Positions 1 through 9,587 of a stretch of DNA of 64,000 nt are shown here, one piece after another. Each line of letters opens with the position of its first letter. Position 1 is the stretch's first letter. The notes under the pieces were generated by a model, which was given only the letters and a program-made list of their open reading frames with translations, was not told the DNA's origin and made no database searches. The stretch comes from Clostridia bacterium. Its GTDB lineage: Bacteria; Bacillota; Clostridia; Christensenellales; UBA1242. The translations under genes and the position numbers were made by a program. The stretch is taken from assembly GCA_017453125.1 (NCBI GenBank), contig JAFTKS010000013.1, positions 8,693-72,692 on the forward strand. The letters run 5' to 3'.

Positions 1-1
1 T

Positions 2-1591
2 GTTGCTCAAGAATTTGGTGTTACTCTTGAACAAAAAATTTCTAAAAATTATGAAGAAACACTTCTTGAAATGTTTGAAAAACAATCTAATTCTACAGAA
101 GTTAGACCTCCAGTTGTTACAGTAATGGGTCACGTTGACCACGGTAAGACTTCTCTTCTTGATGCTATTAGAAATACTAATGTTATTGAAGGCGAGGCTG
201 GTGGAATTACACAACACATCGGTGCGTATACCGTTGATTGCAATGGTCAATCTATTACATTTATTGATACTCCTGGACACGCTGCATTTACTGCAATTAG
301 AGCAAGAGGTGCAAAACTAACAGACGTTGCCGTTCTTGTTGTTGCTGCTGATGATGGTATAATGCCACAAACTGTAGAGGCAATTAACCATATCAAATCT
401 GCTAATTGTCCTATGATTGTTGCAATTAATAAAATTGATAAACCTGAGGCTAATATTGATAGAGTTAAGCAACAATTAACTGAATATGATGTTCTTCCTG
501 AAGAATGGGGCGGAGATGTTATTTGTGTACCTATTTCTGCTAAACAAAATCAGAACATTGACAAACTTCTTGAGTCTATTCTTCTTGTTTCTGAAATGCT
601 TGAACTTAAGGCTGATAGTACTCAAGATGCAAGTGGAACAATTATTGAAAGTAAAGTTGATAAAGGCAGAGGTATAATGGCAACTGTTCTTATTAAGAAT
701 GGTACTCTTAAAGTTGGTGACTTTATTGTTAGTGGTATTGCTTCTGGTAGAATTAGAGCTATGATTGATTACAAAGGAAATAGTGTCAAAGTTGCTCCTC
801 CAAGTATGCCTGTATCTATTCTTGGATTCAATGCAGTTCCAGAGGCTGGTGATATGGCTTATGTTGTTGATGAGAAAATGGCTCGTAATATTGTTGAAGA
901 AAGAACAAGCAGACTTCAAATGGAGAAGATTGAACAAAATAATGGTATTACTCTTGAAGACTTCTTGCAACAATCCGCTGATAGTGAAGTTAAAGTGTTG
1001 AAGTTAATTATAAAAGCTGACGTTAAGGGTTCTTGTGAGGCTCTCAAAATGACACTTGAAAAGATTCATAATGATGAGGCAAAAGTTCAAGTTATCCATT
1101 CTGGTGTTGGTGGAATCAATGAAAGTGATGTTATCTTGGCTAATGCTAGTAAAGCTATTTTGATTGGTTTTAATGTAAAACCTGAAGCAAAAGCTAAACA
1201 AATTGCTGAGAGAGAAAAGATTGAAATCGGTCTTTATAAAGTAATCTATGATGCAGTTGATGATATTACAAACAAAATCAATGGAATGCAAGCACCTAAG
1301 TTTGAGGAAGTTATTGTTGGTCACGCTGAAGTGCGTCAAATATTTAAAATTAGTAGTATTGGTCATATTGCTGGTTCTTATGTTCTTGATGGTGTTATCA
1401 ATAGAGATAGCAAAGTTAGACTACTAAGAAATGGTAATGTAATTATTGATACTCCAATTGATACTCTACAACATCAAAAAGATCAAGTTAAGACTGTTAA
1501 GATGGGTTATGAGTGTGGTATTAAGTTGAAGGGCTTTAATGATATTGAAGTTGGCGATATTATAGAGGCTTATGAAATGAAACAAATTTAG
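2..1591 (+). CDS. infB: Translation initiation factor IF-2, C-terminal part (5' end lies upstream of the window)
   Basis: Frame is open from nt 2. GTPase motifs GHVDHGKT, DTPGHAAF, AINKIDK. Followed by rbfA-truB. Confidence 0.97.
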   Translation, partial: VAQEFGVTLEQKISKNYEETLLEMFEKQSNSTEVRPPVVTVMGHVDHGKTSLLDAIRNTNVIEGEAGGITQHIGAYTVDCNGQSITFIDTPGHAAFTAIRARGAKLTDVAVLVVAADDGIMPQTVEAINHIKSANCPMIVAINKIDKPEANIDRVKQQLTEYDVLPEEWGGDVICVPISAKQNQNIDKLLESILLVSEMLELKADSTQDASGTIIESKVDKGRGIMATVLIKNGTLKVGDFIVSGIASGRIRAMIDYKGNSVKVAPPSMPVSILGFNAVPEAGDMAYVVDEKMARNIVEERTSRLQMEKIEQNNGITLEDFLQQSADSEVKVLKLIIKADVKGSCEALKMTLEKIHNDEAKVQVIHSGVGGINESDVILANASKAILIGFNVKPEAKAKQIAEREKIEIGLYKVIYDAVDDITNKINGMQAPKFEEVIVGHAEVRQIFKISSIGHIAGSYVLDGVINRDSKVRLLRNGNVIIDTPIDTLQHQKDQVKTVKMGYECGIKLKGFNDIEVGDIIEAYEMKQI

Positions 1592-1602
1592 GAGAATGGA
1601 AA

Positions 1603-1950
1603 ATGAGCGAAAGAATCTTGAGAGTTAATAGTGAAATTCAGAAGGCTATTAGTGCAATTATTTCAAATGAACTAAAGAATCCTGCTATCAAGGGACTTAT
1701 AACTGTAACAAAAGTTGATACAACAACAGATTTGGATCAATCGAAAATCTATTTATCAATTTTTGAAGAAGAAACTCGAGAAGAAGTATTGAATGCTATT
1801 AAGCATTCGGCGGGGTTTATTAGAAGAGAACTTGCAAGAATGGTTGATTTGAGAAAAGTTCCATTCCTTACATTCTTTTTAGATGATAGTTATGATTATG
1901 GACAAAAGATAGAAGAAACTATTAATAAAATCAATCAAGACAGAAAATGA
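1603..1950 (+). CDS. rbfA: Ribosome-binding factor A
   Basis: 115 aa with GGAGAA RBS. Conserved position between infB and truB, and size typical of RbfA. Confidence 0.9.
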   Translation: MSERILRVNSEIQKAISAIISNELKNPAIKGLITVTKVDTTTDLDQSKIYLSIFEEETREEVLNAIKHSAGFIRRELARMVDLRKVPFLTFFLDDSYDYGQKIEETINKINQDRK

Positions 1951-2000
1951 TAATAAAAAATAGTAACTTTTGTGGTTACTATTTTTATTTAAGGAGATAT

Positions 2001-2864
2001 ATGTTAGGATTTCTAAATGTATACAAGCCATCTGATATGACAAGTAGTGCTGTTGTTCAGAAGTTGAAGAAGAAATTTCATATTGACAAAATTGGACATA
2101 TGGGTACTCTTGACCCTATGGCGTGTGGTGTTTTGCCTATTGCAATTGGTAAGGCAACGAGACTTTTTGATTTTTCTTTGAACAAAACTAAAAAATATAT
2201 TGCTATATTTGATTTTAGTTATACAACAGATTCACTTGATGCGACTGGTTCTATTATTCAAAAAACCGATAAGGTGATAACTAGTCGAGATGTATTAAAT
2301 ATAATTCCTAATTGTGTTGGTAATGTAAGTCAAGTTCCTCCTAACTTTAGTGCTAAAAATGTTAATGGGAAGAGGGCATATACTCTTGCTAGACAAGGTA
2401 TTGAGTTTGAATTAAAGCCCAAAGATGTGCAAATTTATGATATTAAACTTCTCGAACAGGTGTCCGTAACTCAATTTAAATTTGAGATTACTTGCAGTTC
2501 GGGGACATATATTCGTTCGATTGCAAGAGATATGGCTACAAGTTTAGGAGTTGTTGGTTGTATGATTTTTCTTGAAAGGGTAGAAACGGGTGAGTTTTCC
2601 AAGGATTCTTCTACTGAATTAGAATCTATTCTTTGTAGTGATTCTTTGTCTAATTTCTTAATTTCTCCGACACAAGCGTTTTCAAATGTTCCTGTTTGTA
2701 ATATTAACAAAGAACAATTTGAAGATTTAATTAATGGTAAAAAATTCTCATTTTCAAGATTTAATACACCGACTTTTATTGTTTATGCAAGTAAATTAGT
2801 TGGACTAGCTAAAGAAAATGTAGATTATTTATCGTTATCTGCATTTCTATATGAGGAGGAATAA
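2001..2864 (+). CDS. truB: tRNA pseudouridine(55) synthase
   Basis: Motif GHMGTLDPMACGVLPIAIGKATR (catalytic Asp). ATG 2001 preceded by AAGGAG (1991-1996), preferred over ORF-track start 1947. Confidence 0.93.
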   Translation: MLGFLNVYKPSDMTSSAVVQKLKKKFHIDKIGHMGTLDPMACGVLPIAIGKATRLFDFSLNKTKKYIAIFDFSYTTDSLDATGSIIQKTDKVITSRDVLNIIPNCVGNVSQVPPNFSAKNVNGKRAYTLARQGIEFELKPKDVQIYDIKLLEQVSVTQFKFEITCSSGTYIRSIARDMATSLGVVGCMIFLERVETGEFSKDSSTELESILCSDSLSNFLISPTQAFSNVPVCNINKEQFEDLINGKKFSFSRFNTPTFIVYASKLVGLAKENVDYLSLSAFLYEEE

Positions 2865-2866
2865 TT

Positions 2867-3715
2867 ATGGTAAGATTTGGACCTGCTGGTAATTGTAAGA
2901 CTTTTTATGATGAGGGGCATAAAAGAACAATCGAAGCGCCAAAATGGTTGAAAGAAAATAATTTGGATTTGTATGAATACTCTTTTGGAAAAGGTTTTAC
3001 TCTTCCAGATGATACTGCTGTTGCAATTGGCGAGGAGATGAAAAAATATGGTATTGAGGTATCTGTTCACGCACCTTATTATATTAACTTTGCAACTCCT
3101 ACCGATGAAATGGCAGAAAAAAGTTATGGGTATGTACTTGAGTCATTGAGAAAATTGAGGTTGTTGGGTGGAAATAGATTGGTAGTTCATCCTGCATCTC
3201 AAGGTAAGGCTACAAGAGAAGAAGCTGTTGCTTTATGCAAAAAGAGACTTAAAATTCTAAAAGATAAAATTATAGAGAATGGCTATACAGATATGTACAT
3301 TTGTTTGGAGACTATGGGTAAGTCTGCTCAAATTGGTACATATGAGGAGATTTTGGATTTTTGTACAATATACGATAGGTTTATTCCAACATTTGACTTT
3401 GGTCATATTAACGCTTTAACTCAGGGTACATTAAAGACAAAAGAGGATTATGAAAAAATAATCAATAGAAGTATCGAAGTTATTGGTGAGGAAAGGACAA
3501 AGATTTGTCATATCCATTTTAGTAAAATTGAATTTTCAGCCAAGGGTGAGGTTAAACATTTAACGCTTGAAGATCAAATATATGGGCCAAACTTTGAGCC
3601 ATTAGCTGAAGTATTGAAAAAGTATGATATGCAGAGTTCCGTTATTTGTGAATCGAAAGAATTTATGGCTAGAGATGCTAAGTTATTAAAATCAATCTAT
3701 TTTTCAAATAATTAA
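2867..3715 (+). CDS. AP endonuclease family 2 / Endo IV-like TIM-barrel protein
   Basis: Metal-ligand-like motifs in Endo IV order: VHAPYYINF, VVHPAS, CLETMG, DFGHINA, HIHFSKIE, ICESKE. GAGGAGG RBS. Confidence 0.7.
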   Translation: MVRFGPAGNCKTFYDEGHKRTIEAPKWLKENNLDLYEYSFGKGFTLPDDTAVAIGEEMKKYGIEVSVHAPYYINFATPTDEMAEKSYGYVLESLRKLRLLGGNRLVVHPASQGKATREEAVALCKKRLKILKDKIIENGYTDMYICLETMGKSAQIGTYEEILDFCTIYDRFIPTFDFGHINALTQGTLKTKEDYEKIINRSIEVIGEERTKICHIHFSKIEFSAKGEVKHLTLEDQIYGPNFEPLAEVLKKYDMQSSVICESKEFMARDAKLLKSIYFSNN

Positions 3716-3745
3716 AATATTGTGTTTATTTTTGTTGTATTTTAT

Positions 3746-3781
3746 AGAATGTGTAAATTAAATTTTCACATTCTTTTTTTT
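3746..3781 (+). terminator. Intrinsic terminator after the Endo IV-like gene
   Basis: AGAATGTG (3746-3753) / CACATTCT (3767-3774) stem followed by a T-run at 3775-3781. Confidence 0.75.
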
Positions 3782-3841
3782 ATAGTCTTAATTACAAAAC
3801 TCAATTAATATTATCATAAAAAGTAATATTTGGAGAAGTTT

Positions 3842-4753
3842 ATGTTAGATGAAATTTTGCCTGCAAAAATTGCCAATGCCTTGGACTCGATTTCATATAA
3901 TAAAATTTGTGAATTGAGGTTGCGAAATGATAGTCCCATAGTTGTAGATTGCCTTGGTAAGCGATATTTTCTAGGAGAAGATTCTCTTCTTGAATCCAAT
4001 GAAAATGCATTGATATTAGGAAAGGGTGTGCTTTCAAGCATTGTTCAGAAATTATCTAATAATTCTCTTTATTCGATAAATGATCAATTGATTGATGGGT
4101 ATATATCTTACTTAGGTGGTGTGCGTGTTGGTGTTTGTGGTGAAGTGGTTTCTGTTGATGGTGTTTTGAAAACAATAAAAAATATTTCTTCTTTGAATTT
4201 TAGATTTCCGCACTATATAAAAAATTGTAGTTTGGATTTGTTTTCATACATATATGCTAATGGGGGATTTAAGAGTACATTAATTGCATCTCCTCCTGGT
4301 GTTGGTAAAACTACATACTTAAGAGATATAATTTATCAATTATCTAAAGATGATAAATTATACAATATACTTGTTGTTGACGAGAGGCAAGAACTTACAT
4401 CTATTTATAATAAAGAATCTATTATCAAGTTTGATAATGTTGATGTGTATTCAAATTGTAGCAAAAAGTTTGCTTTTAATAATGGTATTAGGAGTATGAA
4501 ACCAGATATCATTATAACCGACGAAATAAATATAGAAAAAGATATTGAAGATATAGAAAATGCACTTACTTCAGGTGTTGTAGTATTTGCAAGTATTCAC
4601 GCTAGTTCAGTGGCTGACTTAAAGAATAAAACTGGATTCAAAGAAATACTTTCAAAAAAGCTGTTTGAAAGGTTCGTTTTTCTAAGTAATGAAGGTGGTG
4701 TATGTCATATTGCTGGCGTTTATAATCAAAACTTACAATTTATAGGTGTTTGA
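3842..4753 (+). CDS. spoIIIAA: Stage III sporulation protein AA (AAA ATPase)
   Basis: Walker A ASPPGVGKTTYLRD and Walker B IIITDEI. First gene of an 8-gene spoIIIA-like operon. ATG 3842 with GGAG 6 nt upstream. Confidence 0.9.
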   Translation: MLDEILPAKIANALDSISYNKICELRLRNDSPIVVDCLGKRYFLGEDSLLESNENALILGKGVLSSIVQKLSNNSLYSINDQLIDGYISYLGGVRVGVCGEVVSVDGVLKTIKNISSLNFRFPHYIKNCSLDLFSYIYANGGFKSTLIASPPGVGKTTYLRDIIYQLSKDDKLYNILVVDERQELTSIYNKESIIKFDNVDVYSNCSKKFAFNNGIRSMKPDIIITDEINIEKDIEDIENALTSGVVVFASIHASSVADLKNKTGFKEILSKKLFERFVFLSNEGGVCHIAGVYNQNLQFIGV

Positions 4754-5202
4754 TGAAAATATTTCTTTTGTTTCTTTTATTTTTGTTCTTTATTTGCGTT
4801 GCTATTTGTGTATGGTTTTTATATTATATAAGATTTTTGTTGTACAAAGATATGGTTTATATATCTAAATATTTAAAAAACAATATTTCATTCAATAAAA
4901 AAGATATAAAAACATTATTAAGTGAAACATCAAAAAATATTTCAATTTTTACAAGAAATCTAGTCTTTGACGAAAATCGTAATGTCTTTTATTTTAAAAA
5001 GTCCGATATTGAGTATGTTAATGAATTTTTTGATAGTCTTGGAAAGGGAGATGTTTCTTGGGAACGAAATAATATTGATTTCTATCTTAATACGTTTGAA
5101 GATATGAAACAAGAAAGTTGTGATAGTTTACATAAAAACGGGGTTGTGTATTTTAAATTGATTTTGGGTTTAGGTCTTGCCTTGTGCGTTATGTTAATTT
5201 AA
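4753..5202 (+). CDS. spoIIIAB: Stage III sporulation protein AB
   Basis: ATGA overlap with the spoIIIAA stop. N- and C-terminal TM segments. Second position in the operon. Confidence 0.8.
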   Translation: MKIFLLFLLFLFFICVAICVWFLYYIRFLLYKDMVYISKYLKNNISFNKKDIKTLLSETSKNISIFTRNLVFDENRNVFYFKKSDIEYVNEFFDSLGKGDVSWERNNIDFYLNTFEDMKQESCDSLHKNGVVYFKLILGLGLALCVMLI

Positions 5203-5213
5203 TAGGGGTAAAT

Positions 5214-5411
5214 ATGGATATTGATATTATTTTTAAGATAGCAGGAATTGGAATATTGACATCTGTTATAAATCAAATATTGAAAATTTCAGGCAAAGAA
5301 GAAATATCTACTTTTGTAACTCTTGCTGGCATTGTTCTTGTACTATTCAGTGTTTTGGGAATGATTAGTGATTTGTTTACAACTGTTAAAACTTTATTTT
5401 CAATTTATTAG
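5214..5411 (+). CDS. spoIIIAC: Stage III sporulation protein AC
   Basis: 65 aa with two TM helices. AGGGG RBS before ATG 5214. Third position in the operon. Confidence 0.85.
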   Translation: MDIDIIFKIAGIGILTSVINQILKISGKEEISTFVTLAGIVLVLFSVLGMISDLFTTVKTLFSIY

Positions 5412-5419
5412 GGTGAATT

Positions 5420-5806
5420 ATGGAGTTGATTAAAGTTCTGATTATTGGTATTGTTGTATCTATAATTGCTATGTTTCTAAAGTCTATCAAACCTGAATAC
5501 TCTCTTCTTTGTGTTATTGTTGGAAGTATTATTATTATACTTTGTATGCTTAACTCTTTAACTACTGTATTTTCTTTTTTTGAGAATGTTATTGAAAAAA
5601 CGGGAATAAGTTATGATTTGTTTTTGACAATGCTAAAGATTATTGGTATTGGCTATCTTGTAGAATTTTCTGCTAATGTTTGTCGTGATAGTGGTAATTC
5701 TTCAATAGCTGATAAGGTAATATTGGCTGGAAAGCTTATGATTTTTATAATAAGTTTACCAATAATAAATAATTTATTTAATATGGTTTTGGATTTGGTT
5801 AAATGA
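5420..5806 (+). CDS. spoIIIAD: Stage III sporulation protein AD
   Basis: 128-aa polytopic membrane protein. Fourth position; size matches SpoIIIAD. Confidence 0.85.
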   Translation: MELIKVLIIGIVVSIIAMFLKSIKPEYSLLCVIVGSIIIILCMLNSLTTVFSFFENVIEKTGISYDLFLTMLKIIGIGYLVEFSANVCRDSGNSSIADKVILAGKLMIFIISLPIINNLFNMVLDLVK

Positions 5807-7005
5807 AATTTAAAAAATTTACTTTATATAAAAGAAATAAGTTGTTCTATATCAGTATTTTGTTTGTTTTAGTATTTGTACTGATGTTGTCTTCAACTAT
5901 TGTTTATGCTGAAAATCAAGATTCGGAGGCCATTTATAAAGAATTAAATCATAATATTGAAAATATAATTTCAGGAATTGATTTTAGTGGGTTAAATGAT
6001 ATAGTTTCTGAACTTGATGATTTTAATTTGTTTAGAAATGGGGTTTTGGATAAATTAAAAAATATTTTATCTGGTCAATACTTCAATGATTATGGTTCAT
6101 TGTTTTCATCTATATTTTCATTATTAATTGTTGACATTAAGGAATTTTTGCCTTTTTTGTTTACAATATTAGCAATTGGAATATTATCAAATTTGCTCTC
6201 TGAATTTAAATCAGGAGAATCATCAAGTGACATTGTTCATTATAGTTGTTTGTCGGTTATGATTCTTTCTGTATTGTTTGTTTTCAAAGATGTTTTACTT
6301 GTTACGAGCAATACACTTGAGTTAATTTTGAAGCAAATGCAAATTATTTTTCCTATACTAATTACTCTTCTTGCATCAATTGGATCTTTTACTACAATTT
6401 CGATATATAATCCCTTGGTTGCAGTACTTACTACTATTGTTAGTTTTGTGTTTGAAAAGTTACTGTATCCAATGTTTATTGCAATGTTTCTTTTCACGAT
6501 AATTGGTAATCTAACAAATACTATAAAACTTGATAAAATTCAAGGATTTGTAACAAGTTCTTTTAAGTGGATTGTTGGTATTGTTTTCACTTTGTTTACG
6601 GGTTTTTTGTCTATTCAGGGAATTAGTGCAGGAAAATTTGACAGTGTGAGTATAAAAGCAACTAAATTTGCTGTCAAAAGTTATATCCCGATAATTGGTT
6701 CATATTTATCTGATGGTATGGATTTTCTTGTTTTGGGTTCTGTACTTGTAAAAAATTCTATAGGATTAGTTGGTGTATTAATATTATTTTTTAGTATAAT
6801 TTCTCCTATTGTTTCTATTTTAGTTTTGAAGTTGGGATTGCAGTTGGTTTCTGGAGTTCTTGAAATGTCTGGTAGTTCAAAAATGAGTTCGTTTCTGTCT
6901 AATTGTTCAAAAATATTGATTTATCCAATTGTTCTTATTTTAGGTGTGGCTTTTATGTATGTTATAACAATTTCATTAATTATGTGTACGGCAAATATCT
7001 TTTAG
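5803..7005 (+). CDS. spoIIIAE: Stage III sporulation protein AE
   Basis: 400 aa with a signal/TM segment followed by multiple TM helices. ATGA overlap with spoIIIAD. Size matches SpoIIIAE. Confidence 0.9.
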   Translation: MKFKKFTLYKRNKLFYISILFVLVFVLMLSSTIVYAENQDSEAIYKELNHNIENIISGIDFSGLNDIVSELDDFNLFRNGVLDKLKNILSGQYFNDYGSLFSSIFSLLIVDIKEFLPFLFTILAIGILSNLLSEFKSGESSSDIVHYSCLSVMILSVLFVFKDVLLVTSNTLELILKQMQIIFPILITLLASIGSFTTISIYNPLVAVLTTIVSFVFEKLLYPMFIAMFLFTIIGNLTNTIKLDKIQGFVTSSFKWIVGIVFTLFTGFLSIQGISAGKFDSVSIKATKFAVKSYIPIIGSYLSDGMDFLVLGSVLVKNSIGLVGVLILFFSIISPIVSILVLKLGLQLVSGVLEMSGSSKMSSFLSNCSKILIYPIVLILGVAFMYVITISLIMCTANIF

Positions 7006-7017
7006 AGGTGTTTTGTT

Positions 7018-7473
7018 TTGAATTGGTTATTAAGTGTTGTTGGTATTGTGTTTTTGGGTATTCTTTTTGATATGATTTTTCCTAATGGAAAAATTAATTC
7101 TCTTTGTAGAAGTTTATTTGGGTTGTTTGCAATGTTTGTTTTGATATCGCCAATTTTGCATATTGATATGAATATTTTTGAAGGTAGTGATTTTGTAGAC
7201 GGGAAATTGATTGATAGTATTAATTCTGCCAGAGATGAAAGCTTTATTATTAAGATTAATGAACATTTAAAATCGAAGGGATTTGATGGTGTTGTTGTCG
7301 AAATTGATAGTAAAATTGATAATGATGAATATCAAATAGAAAATATTTACGTTGATATTACAAATTTGGTTCTACTTCAAAATAATCAGAATATAAATAC
7401 ATATGAAGTCATAGCAGTAGAAATAAATAAATTAACTAATGTAGACTTGGAAAGGATTGTTGTTTATGGTTAA
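7018..7473 (+). CDS. spoIIIAF: Stage III sporulation protein AF
   Basis: TTG start with AGAGGTG RBS (7004-7010). Two N-terminal TM helices plus a soluble domain. Sixth position in the operon. Confidence 0.75.
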   Translation: MNWLLSVVGIVFLGILFDMIFPNGKINSLCRSLFGLFAMFVLISPILHIDMNIFEGSDFVDGKLIDSINSARDESFIIKINEHLKSKGFDGVVVEIDSKIDNDEYQIENIYVDITNLVLLQNNQNINTYEVIAVEINKLTNVDLERIVVYG

Positions 7474-8044
7474 TAATGTGGTAGCCTGCGATAATGATAA
7501 TAGAAAAAAAGAAAGCAAATTCAATATTTTAAAATTAATCAGTAAGAAGAATTTTAAAATTGTTTTTCTTGTCGGAATAGCGATTTTATGTGGGATATTT
7601 GTTATCGCTATTGGGGCAAAAGAACAAGAAAATGTTGAAGTTGTGTCTTCAAATACATATTATAGGACAACCCTTGAGTACTGTCAGCAATTGGAAAATA
7701 AACTTACCAGTGTTTTGTCAAGTATAAAGGGTGCAGGTAACATAAGTGTAATGATTTCGGTTGATGGTAGTCCTGAGCTTGTATATGCTGAAGATGTAGA
7801 TAAAAAGGTTAGTTCGAATGCTAGTGGAACTACAACAACATCGAATTCATCTAGTCCAATTATTATTAATATTGATGGCAATTCTAATGCACTTGTATTA
7901 ACTGAAAATTTGCCGAAAGTAAAGGGGGTGATTGTTGTTTCTAGTGGTGCAAGTGATATAGGTGTAAAATTAGATATTTTGAATGCTGTTTCTACTTTGC
8001 TCGATATTTCAACAGAAAAAGTTAGTGTATTGAAAGGAATATAA
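7466..8044 (+). CDS. spoIIIAG: Stage III sporulation protein AG
   Basis: Single TM segment followed by a C-terminal domain ending KGVIVVSSGA...VSVLK. Seventh position; start ATG 7466 is uncertain (alternative TTG 7457). Confidence 0.8.
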   Translation: MVNNVVACDNDNRKKESKFNILKLISKKNFKIVFLVGIAILCGIFVIAIGAKEQENVEVVSSNTYYRTTLEYCQQLENKLTSVLSSIKGAGNISVMISVDGSPELVYAEDVDKKVSSNASGTTTTSNSSSPIIINIDGNSNALVLTENLPKVKGVIVVSSGASDIGVKLDILNAVSTLLDISTEKVSVLKGI

Positions 8045-8056
8045 AGGAGATTTGAT

Positions 8057-8578
8057 ATGAAAGAAAAGATTGTAAAAGAAAAGAAAGTTAAAACTAGAAA
8101 AAAATTATCATCAAAAGCTAAAAAAATTATTATTCTTAGTTGTTTCTGTATGCTTCTGTTGGTTACTGGCGGTGTTAATATATTAATTAATAGTAAAGTT
8201 TCTCAAGAAGCTAGTGCGAATGTTTCAAGTACCGCCAATTTCTTCAGTAATTATAGAACAGATAGATCAGATACTAGAAATCAAGAGATTTTGTATCTAG
8301 ATGCAATTATTGCTAGCGAGGCAACTTCCGCTGAGGCAAAAGCTAATGCTGAGGCTGAAAGGCTTGAATTAATTACCAAGATGGAAATGGTAATGACTAT
8401 CGAAAATTTGATTATGGCAAAAGGATTTACTGATGTTGCCGTATCTGCTAGTAGTGGTAATATTAGTGTTATGGTAGAAACGTCTGGACTTACAAGTGCA
8501 GAAGTTGCTCAAATAGTTGATGTTGTATTAAATAATTCAGACTATTCTATTGATAATATTAAGATTATTGAGGTTTAA
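8057..8578 (+). CDS. spoIIIAH: Stage III sporulation protein AH
   Basis: AAAGGAG RBS. Basic N-terminus, one TM segment and an extracytoplasmic domain. Last gene of the operon. Confidence 0.75.
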   Translation: MKEKIVKEKKVKTRKKLSSKAKKIIILSCFCMLLLVTGGVNILINSKVSQEASANVSSTANFFSNYRTDRSDTRNQEILYLDAIIASEATSAEAKANAEAERLELITKMEMVMTIENLIMAKGFTDVAVSASSGNISVMVETSGLTSAEVAQIVDVVLNNSDYSIDNIKIIEV

Positions 8579-8765
8579 AATTTTTCCTTGTTTTTGAATA
8601 AATGAGCAAAAATAGTAATCATTTTTATAAAAAATATATTATAAAATAGTGATTTATTATATTTTAACTAATTGCAAAATTTCATCGGTTGTGTTATATT
8701 AATATAAGTAATGCGAATTTTAATTGTATTCGATTATTTAATTATTAATAAAAGGTATTGATGTT

Positions 8766-9143
8766 ATGATGTTTGAAAACAAAGGGAACATAAAGAAACA
8801 AACAAAAGGTAGCGTAACTTATGGTAGTGATATCGTTTTGTCTGTTATTAACCTTGCCACAAAAGAAATTGCCGGTGTTAGTAGTATTGTGACTAAATTT
8901 GGTTCTGCATTAAAAAGATGGTTTAGTAACAATTATTATGATGGTGTAAAAGTTTCATATGTTAAAAATGCAATGAATGTAGATGTATACATAAATGTTT
9001 GTTTTGGATATAATGTAACAGAAGTTGCTTTTAGAGTACAAGAGAATATTAAGAATAGTTTGTCTGGAATGATTGACATTAAGATTAGCAAAATTAACGT
9101 TCACGTTTTGGGAGTGGAATTTCCAAAAGATGAACCTATTTAA
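8766..9143 (+). CDS. Asp23/Gls24-family alkaline shock protein
   Basis: 125 aa. The pattern VLSVINLATKEIAGVSS...KINVHVLGVEF is typical of Asp23. Lies before nusB, like B. subtilis yqhY. Confidence 0.85.
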   Translation: MMFENKGNIKKQTKGSVTYGSDIVLSVINLATKEIAGVSSIVTKFGSALKRWFSNNYYDGVKVSYVKNAMNVDVYINVCFGYNVTEVAFRVQENIKNSLSGMIDIKISKINVHVLGVEFPKDEPI

Positions 9144-9147
9144 AATG

Positions 9148-9172
9148 ACCCTTGTAACCTCAAGGGTTTTTT
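9148..9172 (+). terminator. Intrinsic terminator after asp23-like gene
   Basis: ACCCTTG / CAAGGGT stem followed by TTTTT. Confidence 0.75.
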
Positions 9173-9194
9173 GCAATAGATTTAGGAGTGTTTT

Positions 9195-9587
9195 ATGAGT
9201 AGGAAAAAAAGTAGAGAGTATGCCTTTAGATTGGTTTTTGAAAGATTTTTTCACGAACCAGATGTTGATTTTGCATTTCAAGATGAAGAATTAGTTCTTG
9301 ATGATTCTGACAAGGAATTTGCAAACAGTTTAATTGGCGGGATAAATGAAAAGTTTGATGATATTCAAGAAATTATCAAACGTAATATTGTAGGATATGA
9401 AATAGATAGACTATACAAAGTTGATTTGGCAATACTTATGGTTGCTGTTTACGAATTGAAGTTTATGAATGAAAATCCGCCAGTTGTTATAAATGAGGCG
9501 GTTGAGTTGTCCAAAAAATATTCAACTGACAAAAGTTTTAGTTTTGTAAATGGAGTTCTAGCAAATGTTTTGAAAGATGAGAGATAA
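9195..9587 (+). CDS. nusB: Transcription antitermination factor NusB
   Basis: N-terminus MSRKKSREYAFRLVFE, 130 aa. AGGAG RBS. Confidence 0.9.
   Translation: MSRKKSREYAFRLVFERFFHEPDVDFAFQDEELVLDDSDKEFANSLIGGINEKFDDIQEIIKRNIVGYEIDRLYKVDLAILMVAVYELKFMNENPPVVINEAVELSKKYSTDKSFSFVNGVLANVLKDER

Noticed and set aside
1947-2000. N-terminal extensions proposed by the ORF track (truB 1947, recN 13705, miaA 54201, spoIIIAC 5184, yajC 24495, 34159, 57123).
   Set aside because: Downstream ATGs have proper Shine-Dalgarno spacing and give N-termini matching the families. The extensions overlap upstream genes or terminators.
3790-3841. A sigma-E-type promoter for the spoIIIA operon (CATAAAAA at 3815-3822).
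   Set aside because: Only the -10-like element is arguable. I could not find a convincing -35 (ATATT-like) at the right spacing.
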